Positions 22,601-35,000 of a DNA stretch of 64,000 nt are shown piece after piece. This DNA comes from Yuukianura sp. NJ FZ-2021 (lineage: Eukaryota): assembly GCA_046563655.1 (NCBI GenBank), contig CM102289.1, positions 6,200,001 to 6,264,000 of the forward strand, given 5' to 3'. Position 1 is the stretch's first letter; every line of letters starts with the position of its first letter. Made by a program: the position numbers and the translations under genes. The notes under the pieces were generated by a model. That model was given only the letters and a program-made list of their open reading frames with translations. It searched no databases and had not been told where the DNA came from.

Positions 22601-25600
22601 ACTTTTAGCTTTTTTGAAAAAAATAACATAATCTGAGTCTATCCTAATCCTAACACAAGCGTTAAAATCTAAAAAGCGTTTAAGACTAAAAAGAAATTTT
22701 GTTTTTCACTCTTTCTTTTTTGCGATTTAGTTCCGTCGAAGCTCTCTCATGTGTTAAACCACACTTAAGCATCAACAGTGATAATTTTGTGCCCTTTTTT
22801 GGTCAAAGGTCATTTTCATTCATTTTACATTCGGAAAGTTTTCGCGGTTGCATTTTTTAACATTTCAGGTTTGGCAGGGTTGTAAAATTTGAATTTGGAA
22901 GGTTGTAAAAGTTTGTGGTAGCTTCTTTTGACACGCAACCACCAAATCAGCTTCCATAAACACAAATTTGGCAAAATGGAAGGAGCACTTGGTGTTCTAT
23001 ATGTAAAGTTGTTGTAATAAATCACTTTGAAAAAGTAGTGTTTTCCCGCACTTTTTTAAACCATGTTCCTTCTACTAACCTCTGAAAGGACATCCATAGA
23101 TCTCCATCCGCATGCAGACAGTTCTTCTGTGATGAGTGTATGGATGAAACCGAAGTTTAGAGGCAATGATTGGTGCCCTGAGTTCCACTTTTGCTGGCGT
23201 GTAGGTATTGATATTGGCTGTAAGAATCTAAAAATTCAGAACAGACCGTCAGTCGTAAGCATTTGTTTCAGTTTTTATTTGATCCAGGAAATGGAATTGG
23301 ATTCAAGTGGACTTCTAATGGTCTCAAGTGGGTTTGGAAAAGCCTCCCAATTTCATTTACTCCCTCCGTTTTTGGAGTGGAGAAAACATACTTTCTCCAC
23401 CCCAAGCATTTATTTGCATTGTTATTTTCCTGGAAGGAATCGAGCAGAGGGTGATAGCAATCACATAAAAAGCAAGTAAGAAGCCCAACGGACTCATTTC
23501 GACATTCAGAGTTTTTGGGCGCGTCGTTTCGAACAGGGTGGGTATAGTAATTGTGCGTTATTTGTATTCGGAAGCAAATTGGAGCGCCCGGCAACGACGG
23601 CGCCAACCCCGGAGATTTCAAAAGATCCCGCCAGTAGATTATAGGTAAATTACATTATTTACAAAGTGCTTTCCTTTTCCAGGAGCATATGTTTAGCATT
23701 TCAAAATTTGAATTTACGCGCCCTCCAGTGAACCATTGCACCCCTTTACAAGTACTTTTTCAAATAAGTGAATTTAAATTTTTCAATTTTTGCAAATGGA
23801 ACGAAACACATCTTGCCTGTAGGTTTGGTTTGAGTCTGCGCTTAGCATGAGAGGATTGCAAGAGCGTAGGTTTACATGTGAAAATTTAAATTTTTACCTC
23901 AACCCCTGTACTGTCTCGGTACCGAACCCACTTTCCAAGTTCATCTCGCCAGTACGACAGCAAATAATTTTCGGCATACTCCGCTCCTTGTCCATTTCCA
24001 AAGCGTCCCTGCGTCTCCGTCGCCGTGATGACATGGACCGTACGAAGATCAATCTGTTAGGGAAAGATGAGATGGTAGTAAAAAAAAATGTCATGGCGAG
24101 AAGATCTTTTCAGATTTGAATTTTGAAATTGTTCACAGTTTCACATTCCCATCTTTCGTCACATTTCCATATCTGATCTTTGGAGCTTGATAATTTCTTA
24201 CCTTTCCAAATCATCAGACTCTCACGTAACATAAAAATACTAAAAAAATCAGTACTCTCCACGTGAAGCTAAAGAAGGGCCCACCACCAACACAGACGCA
24301 TTTTGTTCAACTAAAATGTGACAGGACCACAGTAACCCAAAACCATATTTTTCAAAGGATAAGAATCACAATACGTTCTTCCACAAAAGTCGGTAGCCCT
24401 TAAAGTCAACTGCGTAGCCCTTAAGCCTAAGCCGTGGAGCTTCCAGAGTTCAAGGGCTAAGCCCTTCGGTGTCACTTTTGTTTGCTTACCTCGAGCCATT
24501 CTTCAGCATCTGATGTCACTTGGTTCTTTGGACACCATGCACCACCTTGTCCTTCTTTCCGAGCCCTAAAAAACGAAAAAATACAAACGTTGAGAAACAT
24601 AAGTAAAAAAAAACGAAAGTTATAAATAAGACTTAAGAATCTCCCAGACTTTAAATCTTTCCTCCAAAATCTCCTTTTCGCTCCAACTTCAAAAAGACGC
24701 TTATTCGCTCCCGCCTCCTTCTTAACGAAAAGTTGGAAACGAACTTGTACATTTCAATGAAAAGTTTTTAGCTGCAGTTTATCAGTCTCATTATCCGAAT
24801 GTTCAGGGAAACAAAGGAGACTCTATTTTCTAAGAACTTTGTTCAAACAAGGAGTTTGTTCAAATAGGCTATTTATAGCTCCGTTCTGCATCTCCTGCAT
24901 CTTGTAACTTGCAAAATGCGCTTGAAGAGAAGGCGACCCTTAGTTGGACCCCTTAGCTCGTTAGAAACACTTTGGCAGCGGCAGTGTCACGCTCTTTTGT
25001 TTCAACTTTCTCTCCTTTCTTCAAGTTCTAAGCTTAATTAATTTAGGAAGAGAAAGTGGGGGACTAAACTTATTAAATCTTGCCTCCCGGCCAACATCAC
25101 CAGCATACGAAACTGTTCAAAATATTGAGTAGCCTAACCTAAACAGTGTTAGGTTGCGTTAGGCTAAGGTTAGGTTATGCTTCCGAGAAAAGAGGGAAGA
25201 AAGCCCAACTTTCTTTTTACAAAAGACTTTCTCCCTTGAGAAACTTATGAAAATTAGTCGTCCCCTGTCTGAACCCGCAGGAAACGAAGGAGGGAAATTT
25301 TCAATTGTTTTGGATCTCTGCCTCCTGGGCATGTCAAAGATAAAGGAAGAAACGAACTGGTAAAATGGTTCATATTTAATATCCTACAACACAAAAGATG
25401 CTTCAATGCTTGTCAGATGCTGGCTAGACTTTAGAATAGTACTACTGGTGCAGTGGTTTTCAAAATTGAGCAGAAGGTTGTTGTCATGTGATATGGTTGT
25501 TAGCATTAGAGAAAAGATCAAAGAGAAAAGTGTTGATGGAAAAAGAGAGAAGTTGAAATCTGATAGGAAAAGGAGAGGAGGGAAGGTTCAAAATTAATTT

Positions 25601-28600
25601 CCCGCTGAAAAAAAGAGAAAGAAAGGCCCAGGGACTTTGGTAGCGTTGTTCTGCTGTCCCCTATGCCAAAAGATGAGCTTTCTGGATCCGAGATACCCGG
25701 ATGATGAAAGTGAAAAACAAACAAAAGGCAGAAAGTCATGAGGGAGAGGCTACAATAACTCGGGGCTCAATTTCAGCATCATCCGCCTGGCTCCGTTGTT
25801 CCTATTCTGTCAGTTGGGATTTTGTGAATTGGATTACGGAACCAAAAGGAAATTGAAAAATGGAGCCCATTCACACTGTTACTTGTTTGGTTTTTAGGGT
25901 CGTGGGAGAATCGACGAGTTTTGCAAACAAGAGATATGTTAGGTTAGGCTTTTAGTTGGACCGAGGGAGAAAGTTATGAAATACCTGCTGTGAAGAGGGC
26001 ATTGGGTCGCGCGGGAGATTTTTGATTCTGAGGGGACAACCTAAACGAGCGAGAGCAACAATAAAGAAAATAGAGGGTACACTAATCCTATTCAACCAAC
26101 CGACAGCCAGAAACGGAGCGAAACAAATCCACTGAATTTCAAAATCTCCCTCTTTGTTTGAATTGTATCCTCCTAAACCAGTTTTCCAATCATTCATCAA
26201 ATTTTGAACGCCTGCCGACGAAGGGCCGGCTGGAGGGTCCCTTGAAGGGCTTCAAATTACAATCAAATATTTGGACAACAATCAGGAGACAGTGACCTTT
26301 GATCATCGGTTGGATCGTAAATCAAATTAAGATTAATCGGATCAAAGTGAAATGAAAACCGAATCCTGCCATGCTATTATTGGTTACACTGAAACTTCAA
26401 ATAAAAACTCAAAATGATGTAAAAGTCGAGGGAGAAATTACCCAAGTTTTGAAATTTTTGTTTAAAAGCTACGTTCTTTCACACTTTGTGACTAGGCGTT
26501 TTCCAATAATTGGGACAACAGATTTCTGTAATTCCGACAGAAATTACCCAGTATTAAAAGCAATTTCTGAATGCATTGATTTATTTCAAAATGAAGGAGT
26601 GTCTAAAAGTGTGTGATGAACTCCATTCTTTGGAAAATCCAAAACAGTGACATTTTCCTGGTTTTTTGCCAATTATAACTGGGTCAGAAAACGTCGTAAC
26701 TAAAAACTGAAGCTAAAGCTTTCATATAAAATACAACAACCAGTGTAAGAAAAAAACCAGAGTAATTTTTAAAAAATAAATATTTTTTCACACAAACCGA
26801 TTCTATTATCCACGCCAAGTTTGTTTGAGAAACGGACGAAAAATGAAGTTTAGATTCCTAACAATAATTTTCTTTTTGACTAGTTTTGTCGTAGCCACTG
26901 CACTTTGTTGTGGTCCAAGTAATTTAACTTTTAATTTACAGTTTCAAATAATATATCGAAAGTTATTCGTTTTTTTATTTAATTGTTTTTACTTGTAACA
27001 GGTATTGGCATAGGAGACTGTAGCCCCGGATGGACCAGATTCAATTATGGTCCATTAAATTATACCCGATGCCTGAAACTCTTTGCGAACTTGGAAACGT
27101 TTCGTGACGCTAAGGACATTTGTGAAAATGCAACAAACAACGCCCGTTTAGCGACTACGGAATTAGGTTTGAAGTCCGATATAAAACGGAACTTTCTAAT
27201 CGACTTCATCTTGAAAGAAACGTTCCTTACGCAAACAAATCTGAAATCGGTATGGCTCGGAGGAATCCGGAGAAAGTCTCGATATGTCTGGTTGCAATTG
27301 ATGACATTCACTCAACCTGCGACGCCCTACAGTGATGAATGGAGTAGCGAAAACTCCAATGCGGTGAAAAACGATGCAAACAGTTGTCTTCAACTTCAAA
27401 CGGATTCAGAAACTTATGAACACGATTTTAAAGACTTTGGAAGACTTTTGAGCGCCGATTGCAATACTAAACACTTCTATCTTTGTGAGCGTCCCAGCAA
27501 CATTTAAGTTAGCTTTTGACATTCTTAATATGTCTAATAACTAAAAATTTCACTTGCATTAGAATTGCAAAAGGAGAAATACACAAGAAACCAAATTGTG
27601 GTTAACATAAAGCCAAATATAACTTGGGCAATAAAAGTTTATTATTATAAGCATTAAATTTAAAATTGAAATTTTATAATTATTATACGAAGCCCAATGA
27701 TTATTTTATGTAATTTAATAACGCAAAAGGACCAGCCTCCAGGAAATTGAAAGAGGAAGATGATCTCGTTTGAATTCAATTGAAAGTTTAAGATAAAGCC
27801 CACATGGAGCCCCGGAGTGAAAGTGGTATCAAATGGCTTTGGAGAAAGTTGATGGCGGGAAGTTCGTGTGGTTTGAAATGAATCTGGTGCTTTCTCCTTA
27901 AGCCTTGTTCCTTGTGGCTTTGTAAACAATGCAGAAACATTTCAGCCCATCCTATTCAGAAAGACATAATTTTGTGGTCCCTATTCATGGGATCATGTCT
28001 CAGAAGGCTCCTTGAGCTTTCTTCCAAGTTTCCCGGGAACAATAGAAGTCTCCCCTCTTCCTTATAATTGGAATCTACTTTCAAGAACAAGCTTCAAAAC
28101 TTATGGAATTCAATTCTTCCCGCCTCTCCTTCCTTCAAATTCTTCCTCCGTTTTGGGTTCAAATTTAACAAAAACGGAGAAAAGCATTTGGAAACTTGGC
28201 GCTTCTGGCTGAAGCCTGTCAGTGACAAAAGCTTCCCTCCCCTTCCGTCTCGTGTCTAATTAATCACACTAATTAGACAAACTCAAAAACCGATCCCACT
28301 TCGTGGTCCCACCCAACAACACGAGTGGGACTCACAGCAGAGCTCCACATGGTGGGACTATGACTATATGAAAGTTTCCTTCAACATAGTCCGTCGTTGA
28401 CATGGCGGGTAACCTCATCTCTGAGGAGACTCAAACACATTTCCCGGGAATTGGTTTCAGGGAAAACGCATCTGTGGCTCTCCTCATTAGCTCCTTTGCT
28501 CCCAAGCGAAAGCCAAAGGCACTCCTGTTTTCAAAAATGAAAAAGGCGGGATTGAGATTCAATTTCAAAAAAGGACTTTTCACTTGGATCGAGTTCCCTT

Positions 28601-29065
28601 GTCAGTCCCTGTGGATTGCATATTCCATTAGACGTCCCTTGAGACTATGGGTGGGTACTTTACATTGTTTTGAAAACGTTTCATTTCACTGTAAGAGGCA
28701 GATGTGAAATAATTAGAAGGGCGGCTAAGTTCATTCCCTCCAGCGAAGACTTGAAGGTGTAGAGAACAATTTTGAGGACTTCCTCAAAATTCAAACTTTT
28801 TGAGGACTAATGTATTTTTGACTTCAAAGTTATTTTAAATAGCTCCGGGAAAAGCTTCAAACTTTTTAAAAATGAGTACAAAATGAAAATGAGGATATCC
28901 TCATTTGAGATTTCACTAGCTAAAAAAACTGTGGTGTAGATCATAAGGTGGGTGGTTACCTGGCATTCTGAGGCCCAACATTCCCTGTGTCAAAGGAACT
29001 GGAGGCCCTTAAGTCCTCATCCTTGATTTCCATGGATTCCATACCGAGGGGAGCCGCGCACTCCG
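13665..29065 (-). CDS. Ddr: Discoidin domain receptor tyrosine kinase (DDR family) with degenerate DFG motif; signal-peptide exon not located (upstream of 29065)
   Basis: Phase-compatible exons 5'->3': 29065-28960 (CAAPLGMES..ASSS..VGP), 24565-24490 (GGAWCPK), 24053-23898 (TQGRFGNGQGAEY), 23227-23080 (TVCMRMEIYGC), 21754-21575 (SYQMPQG..GLGQLVDG), 20962-20826 (WVGWKN), 19095-18888 (WILISEVTFDS), 18750-18610, 18465-18040 (TM helix), 15027-14819 (GDGAFGT), 14722-14631 (VAVK), 14548-14269 (HRDLATR), 14204-14063 (LPIRWMAWE), 13991-13665 (SDVWSFGVTLWEI). Confidence 0.93.
26843..27507 (+). CDS. Secreted C-type lectin-like domain protein (paralog 2), nested antisense in a DDR intron
   Basis: Exons 26843-26918 (signal peptide MKFRFLTIIFFLTSFVVATALC) and 27002-27507, phase-1 intron. 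CSPGW...CLKLF...TF.DA..IC...WLGG...CLQLQT...C...HFYLCER. Same exon layout and shared motifs with 2861-3521. Confidence 0.88.
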
Positions 29066-32000
29066 CTGTGAATGTAAAAGAAAAAAGTTAGTTTACAAAA
29101 AAAAAAGTTTGAAAAAACGAAAGGGAGAACAGAGCCCTTGTTTCAGTTTTGACTGACAGGGTGGAAATCTTGTTAAATATGACTACAGAAGGGGTTGAAA
29201 AGTTAAGTGAGGAACCAGAGGGACTTATCTGGTCAGAGCCAGACAACGCGGGAAAACTTCTTTTTTTTTCCAAATTTGTATTTGTACGACGTCTGAGAGC
29301 TTACATGTATAAAATCCCAAGGCAGTTGGTAGAAGCGACAGGAATACAATTGCAGTGACTGCGGAAGGAAACGACGGTGTGACCAGATTTCCGACCCTCG
29401 TTTTGACCCTAAGAAACTCAAATCCGAAACTTCCCGCCACGGTCGCCACAGGAGCCATTTCTTCTCTTTCACTTGAGCTCACTTCCTCGATGGGTTTTGG
29501 TGGTCACTCATTCATCATTCTCCCACGTCCCAAATAGGTTCCAAAGTGAATTCTAGAAACAACATACATCAATCCTTGTAAAGTTAGGTTAGGTTTAGGC
29601 TAATGTTAGGCTAGGTCTGGTCCATCTGGTCCATGTACTCCTAGATGTTCAACTAATTAAACTATGTCAATTATTAAACTTGGTCGGAAGTTTTTGAATC
29701 GTTTCGTAAACCTAACAAGAAAATCCCATTAAAAGCATCCACCTTCTCTCAGGCCTAGGAAGTTTCTGTTGCGCGCTAAAACTCAATTTTCAAATTCCAT
29801 GTTTCCATTAGCTTTGGCTTTCACTTTTCATTTATGATTTATAGCAAGAAGCTCTTTCCTGTTTCCATTTCCAATTTAGAAGAGAAAGGTGAAAGTGAAC
29901 TTTCACCCCATCTTGGTTCTGCAAATGAGAAAAGCCGAGTTATGAGATTATGAACCTAATTCGAAATCAGCGTTCAGTCAGGTGATTAATAATTGAAATT
30001 TTGAAATTCTTAAACTTTTGTTTAAAAGATCATCTTAAAGCCTGTTGTTACTCTAAACATAAAGCTGAGGAATTTTAGAAAACTAAAAAATTTGGAGTTT
30101 AAACTTTTCTTCAAAAACTGAAAACAAGCTTCCTGTTTTCATTTTTTGAAGAAAAGGGAGGACATGAACCAGAGACCAGGAAATGAGAAGTTTTTGAAAC
30201 GAGAAGAAAGTTTAAATTTTCTAAAAGTTGAAACTCTCCCGCCCTCGTCCGTCATCCTGTCTCTCTTGGGAAAATGAAACTTCTTCCTACACGGAGACGG
30301 AAACGTACTATCCGAAAAACCATTTTTTAAATTTTGTGCAAAACCCGGAGAAAATAAAAGTAAAGCCTCAAGAACACGGATGTTAACAAAATGTTACAAG
30401 AACATGGCAAGAGTGACAAGAATTTTCATAACAAACCGCAAACAATTTAATATTACACATTTTGAAATTTCCGCTTTTTTTGCATTTGAAATCCCCACGC
30501 TCCATTTCCAACCATCTGTCTACTATGGTTGCAATTAAGCGAACCGAAACCAGCTGCTTCCTACTGTCTAAACTGCCAAATTCAAACTCTCCCGCTTTTC
30601 GCTCTCTTGAATCAATTTTGCAAAAAGTTTTTTTTCTTCTCCGTTGCACAAAACAAGTTTCCTAACCTTTTTTCTCTTTAACTTTTTGTGCAGATCAATT
30701 TTCAAAGCAGAAAATTACAAAAGCTGAGCTCATTCTCCTCTGGTTTTTTTTTTTCAGCGCGATAATTCTCCAACCTTTAGAAAATTTCTATTGTCTGCAG
30801 GAAGGATCAAAAGCTTCGTTCTAAAGAATGCTTTCCAGTTCAGCTCTGCAGAAATAAATTAAGTCGTGTCAGGAGTCTTTTCTCTGTTTTTGGTGTGAGC
30901 GGGAAATAAAAAACGCAGAGGATTACCCGCATTTTCAGAGTGCGGGTAGTAAAGCCTTGCTTTGGAAGAGAAAAGAGTCCTCAGGTGTGTGATAGACTAA
31001 TGGAAAGATATTGGAGGCGGGAGAAAGTCTTGAACATAAATTCAAACTGTGGCGCCCCGTACTTTATAGCTTCAAAAAAGAAAATGGCGCTGGGCAACAA
31101 AACCCTAATCCCACTGTGTTCCTGGACACTACCACTCCAGTCCATGGCCTCTCTAAAGCCTAATAATCTTAAAGGGCAGAAATGCATTCTGTAGATTCAG
31201 GTTATGTTGGGTTAGGCTCTTTCCTCTTCCCTGCCCAAAAGTGAAAGTGAAATGGGGAAATTCAGCGAGGCTTGGCGAGCCAAATTCAAACTGGAAGAAT
31301 TCTCGAGTGGCCCATAAGCAACGGCCCGAATCGACAGGCTGCCTTAGCTCCTGAGACCCCTCACAGCCTTTCCAAATGCTTTTTGTCCACCGAACTGGAA
31401 CTTCTAAACCACCACCATTACCAAAAAATTTTCTACAGAAAAACATGTACGGAAAACTTTCTCTTTATTCCGTGTCCAGCCCTAACAATCATCAAGAGGT
31501 ATGTCGTAAGCCTCATTTCGGCGGTAAATTTTAAATTCAATTGCGCTAAAATGTCTCTTTCTCACCTTATTCCCACTTGTCTTCCTTTTGCAATATTACG
31601 AATATGTATTTATGTTTCGATATTTATGCTTTGCTTTCATGTTAGTATCCTACTTACACGTTCTACTTGTGTTATGTTGTGCTTTGTTGCACACCGCATT
31701 CTACACGTACTGTTTAGTACATGCCATTACAATGCAGAATTCTCGGCTAAAGGTTTTCTTTGCTGTTCTATGTTTTGGATGTTGTATTTATTGTTGTGTA
31801 GTTTATTTTGGTGTGTTTACAGTATGTTTTCCACTATGTTGTACCTGGAATGTTACAGTACATATACTTATGAAGTGCGTTGGAGTTGACTACGACATAC
31901 AAAGTTTTTGACCACTGTACCAAAAATCATCAATATCCAGAAATGGACTTTTAATACCCGAGAGAGTGACACCTCAGCAACAAACGACGAGCGAAGCGAA

Positions 32001-35000
32001 GATGAGCCCATCTACTCAATCACTTTCTCTAGTGAAAGTGAAGAGAGCAAGAAAATCTTGAGAATTAATGAATAAAATTCAACCGCTGGTAAAAGCATTA
32101 TGGGGTGGGGGAGGATTTCAGAGTTGGGCATCGATGTGGAAGCAAATCCCTTCTTTCAGCCCAACTCTGCCACAATAGAGCTATAAAACTACTATGCTCT
32201 AAGGTTGTAACTCTCTGACAGCATTTCTTTGTGTCTGACCTTTGAACTCTAATGGGACCTCTTTTCTTTTTCCTTCAAATGGATGGAATAGGAGCCTAAG
32301 CTGATTACTTTTCGCCTGGGTTTTTGGTGGGCAATCATGGGTTTCTTGCTGGTGAAAGTAGGAAAGCACAAAATTCCGATCGCTTTGAACTTTCGCTCCT
32401 CTTTTTCCCCCTCTCCTTCATTCCTACGAGTCCATTAGTGGAAATCGATGCAATTTGAGACACACAACTTTCTTCTTAGAACTTGAAGGCGCGCGTTTTT
32501 ATGATTTCACATTTTTGAAAAAAAAAAGTTCCCCTAGCTCTTTTTGTGGTGGGCTTCACTTTCTCCCCGTTTGAATTGAGATCAAGAAATGATTTAGTAC
32601 TTTCTCCAACTTTTGCAACTTCATTTCACCACATGTCAAAGACAAAGGTGCGGGAGATTGACTGACATTTTGTGTCTGGACGCAAGTATCAAAATGATGT
32701 ATAAAAAATCCCAGTCGTACTGAGAAATATTTTTTCTTTGACTTTTTTGAAATAAAGAGAAGTTAGTAGAACTGTCGACAGCGGAAATTGAAACCTTCAT
32801 GACAATTTTACTCCACTGTTTTTGACGTTTGAATCAAGTCAAGAAGCTTGTCAGTGTCGCATAGCAAAAATTTCGACCCGTTTCCCAATACGAACGTACG
32901 TCAAAGATGAAAGACGTTTTTGTTTCATTACCTTTTTAAGAAAAAGGGGCGAAAAACGTGCTAAAAATCCAATTTGAGTTGATTAAATTGACGCGCATCA
33001 GTGATGACTGAAGTTTTCAACTTTTGATTTCTGTGGTGAAAGCAGTGAAAGTGAAAGTGATGATGAGTCTGTCAATCACACGTGCCCAAGTGCCAACTTA
33101 TTAAGGAGCCACTTCAAATAACACTTTCACTGCACCCTATCTTTTCTTATCCACGGAAACCAAGGAAATGGCGCCAATGTTTGAATTTCAAAATTCAGAA
33201 GAGAAAGCCCGCCGTTGGAATAGTGGGGGAAAGGAGCAGTCGAAGAATAATGGAATTCTATTCATATGGAAATCTCAACAGGAGTTTGATTAGTGCTGGG
33301 TTAAATTAGGCCCATGTTCTCAAGAGAGTTTTGAAATCCAGTGGGAACTCCTCGCGCGCCAATTTCAAAATTCAAATCAAACCTTTTCTTTGGCATGGTG
33401 CTTTAGATTTTCACAACAAACCATATACCACCCGCACGGTTGAATCCAATCACTTTTCTTAATTAACTTTTGATTCACTTCACACTGTGTGTTTCCTTTT
33501 CCATGCTCACCTCGTGTATGAATTCCTGAACAAAAAGAAGTGAAGCAATTCTACACAGAATTTTGACATGTTTTCAAAATAGTTCTAATTATAAAGCAAT
33601 TTATTCCATTTGGGCACGAAACAAAACCAAGTTTTTCCTCCGCCCAAAATTCTAATTCCGACTTTTACAAATCATTGATTTGATTCTCGGTTCTTTTGTC
33701 CCACTTTACCGAATTGACCAAAATTACGCAGTTTTTCCGTGTTGACTAATTATTCATAATTCCTTAAACGAAATTTCCATAATTTTGAAACTCCGCCTTT
33801 TGAATCTAAAATTACACAAAATCAATCTATTGATTTTCATAAATGCTTATTTGAACTAAATTTTAAATGAACAAATAATGGTTACTCCAACATGATTTGG
33901 AAACGTGTTTTCACACAAAAAATATCTCATGTAAAGTACTTTTTTTTCAAAATGTGAGAGAGAAATATTGAATTTGGGTTCGAATTTGTAGGGAATCTAA
34001 TTAAACTTTTCCAAGTTATCTTTCAGTTCGGGATTTCTTTTTTGCTATAAGTTAGCTCTAAGGTTAACCCAACTACATTTCCTCCAGAACATGAACTTTT
34101 CCCGGGTTTTCTTGTTTTGATGAGGTGAAAGTGGTGGTCAAAACTTGTTTTTCTTGGGCAAAAGCAATTTGAGGAGTGGTGGTACAATGGGACCAATTGG
34201 GCCTCAATTTGATTAGGACCAAAGTCACCCTCCTCCACTTTCACCAAAGTTGGGCAACGGTTGGGATTCCCCCGAGGGGGGAAAACATTGGCGTGTCAAA
34301 GAGAGTCACTACTACTTCTATAGACTCACGTCCATTTTGTCCAAATATTTCCAAGTCCCATTAATTTAGGAGCTCCCTCAAGTGTTATATGGAGAAAGCA
34401 AAGAAAAAAACTATGCGAGGAAAACTCGAGGTCAAAGAAAAAATAATAAGCAAAAAAGGAATAAAAATGGAGGAATGGTAATAACGGAAAATCGATTTTA
34501 ACTTTCCCCTACCTTTTGCTTTCACTTTTTTGCTTTCTCTAGAAGTAGATTAGATGGGGGGCTTACGCTTACTAAAAACTTACCTTTCCTTTTTTACTAC
34601 TCCTTCAAACGTACTAAAAAGCCCACTAAATCATGAATTTCAAATAAAAGTTTGTGTTCGCAACAGCAAGGAAATGAGCCATAAATACCTCTCTTCAGCC
34701 CTACCTTGTTTGCCCCATCTAAACTTCAAATTTCAACTTAAATAAAACTTGAAAAAAAAATAATAGCAAAATTTTTTTGAATTGTATTTCCCCCCATAGA
34801 ATCAAATTTTCTGCAAAATGTTTTTCTTCATACAGCCTTATGTTTTTCTACAACACAGAATTTTTTATATAGCTCTAGACGTATTTTTTATTGAAGTGGC
34901 TGTTAGTTTAGCCAATTTCAAGAGAAACTTGGAAGTCGTTGAGACTTGAATAATAAACTACTTCAACGTTAGGTTTCTTCTTCTGTCTGCAGTTCAGGTA

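Noticed and set aside
13665..29065. DDR as a pseudogene because of the lost DFG
   Set aside because: All 14 exons found are open and phase-compatible with canonical splice sites, and the other motifs are conserved.
31272..31911. Overlapping 205-aa and 107-aa Cys/Val/Leu/Tyr-rich ORFs
   Set aside because: They arise from TG-rich low-complexity sequence open in two frames at once; no recognisable domain or splice support.
31845..32011. Minus-strand ATG with a hydrophobic stretch as candidate DDR signal-peptide exon
   Set aside because: The strong GTATGT donor is phase 0, but phase 1 is needed; the phase-1 option gives an unconvincing signal peptide.
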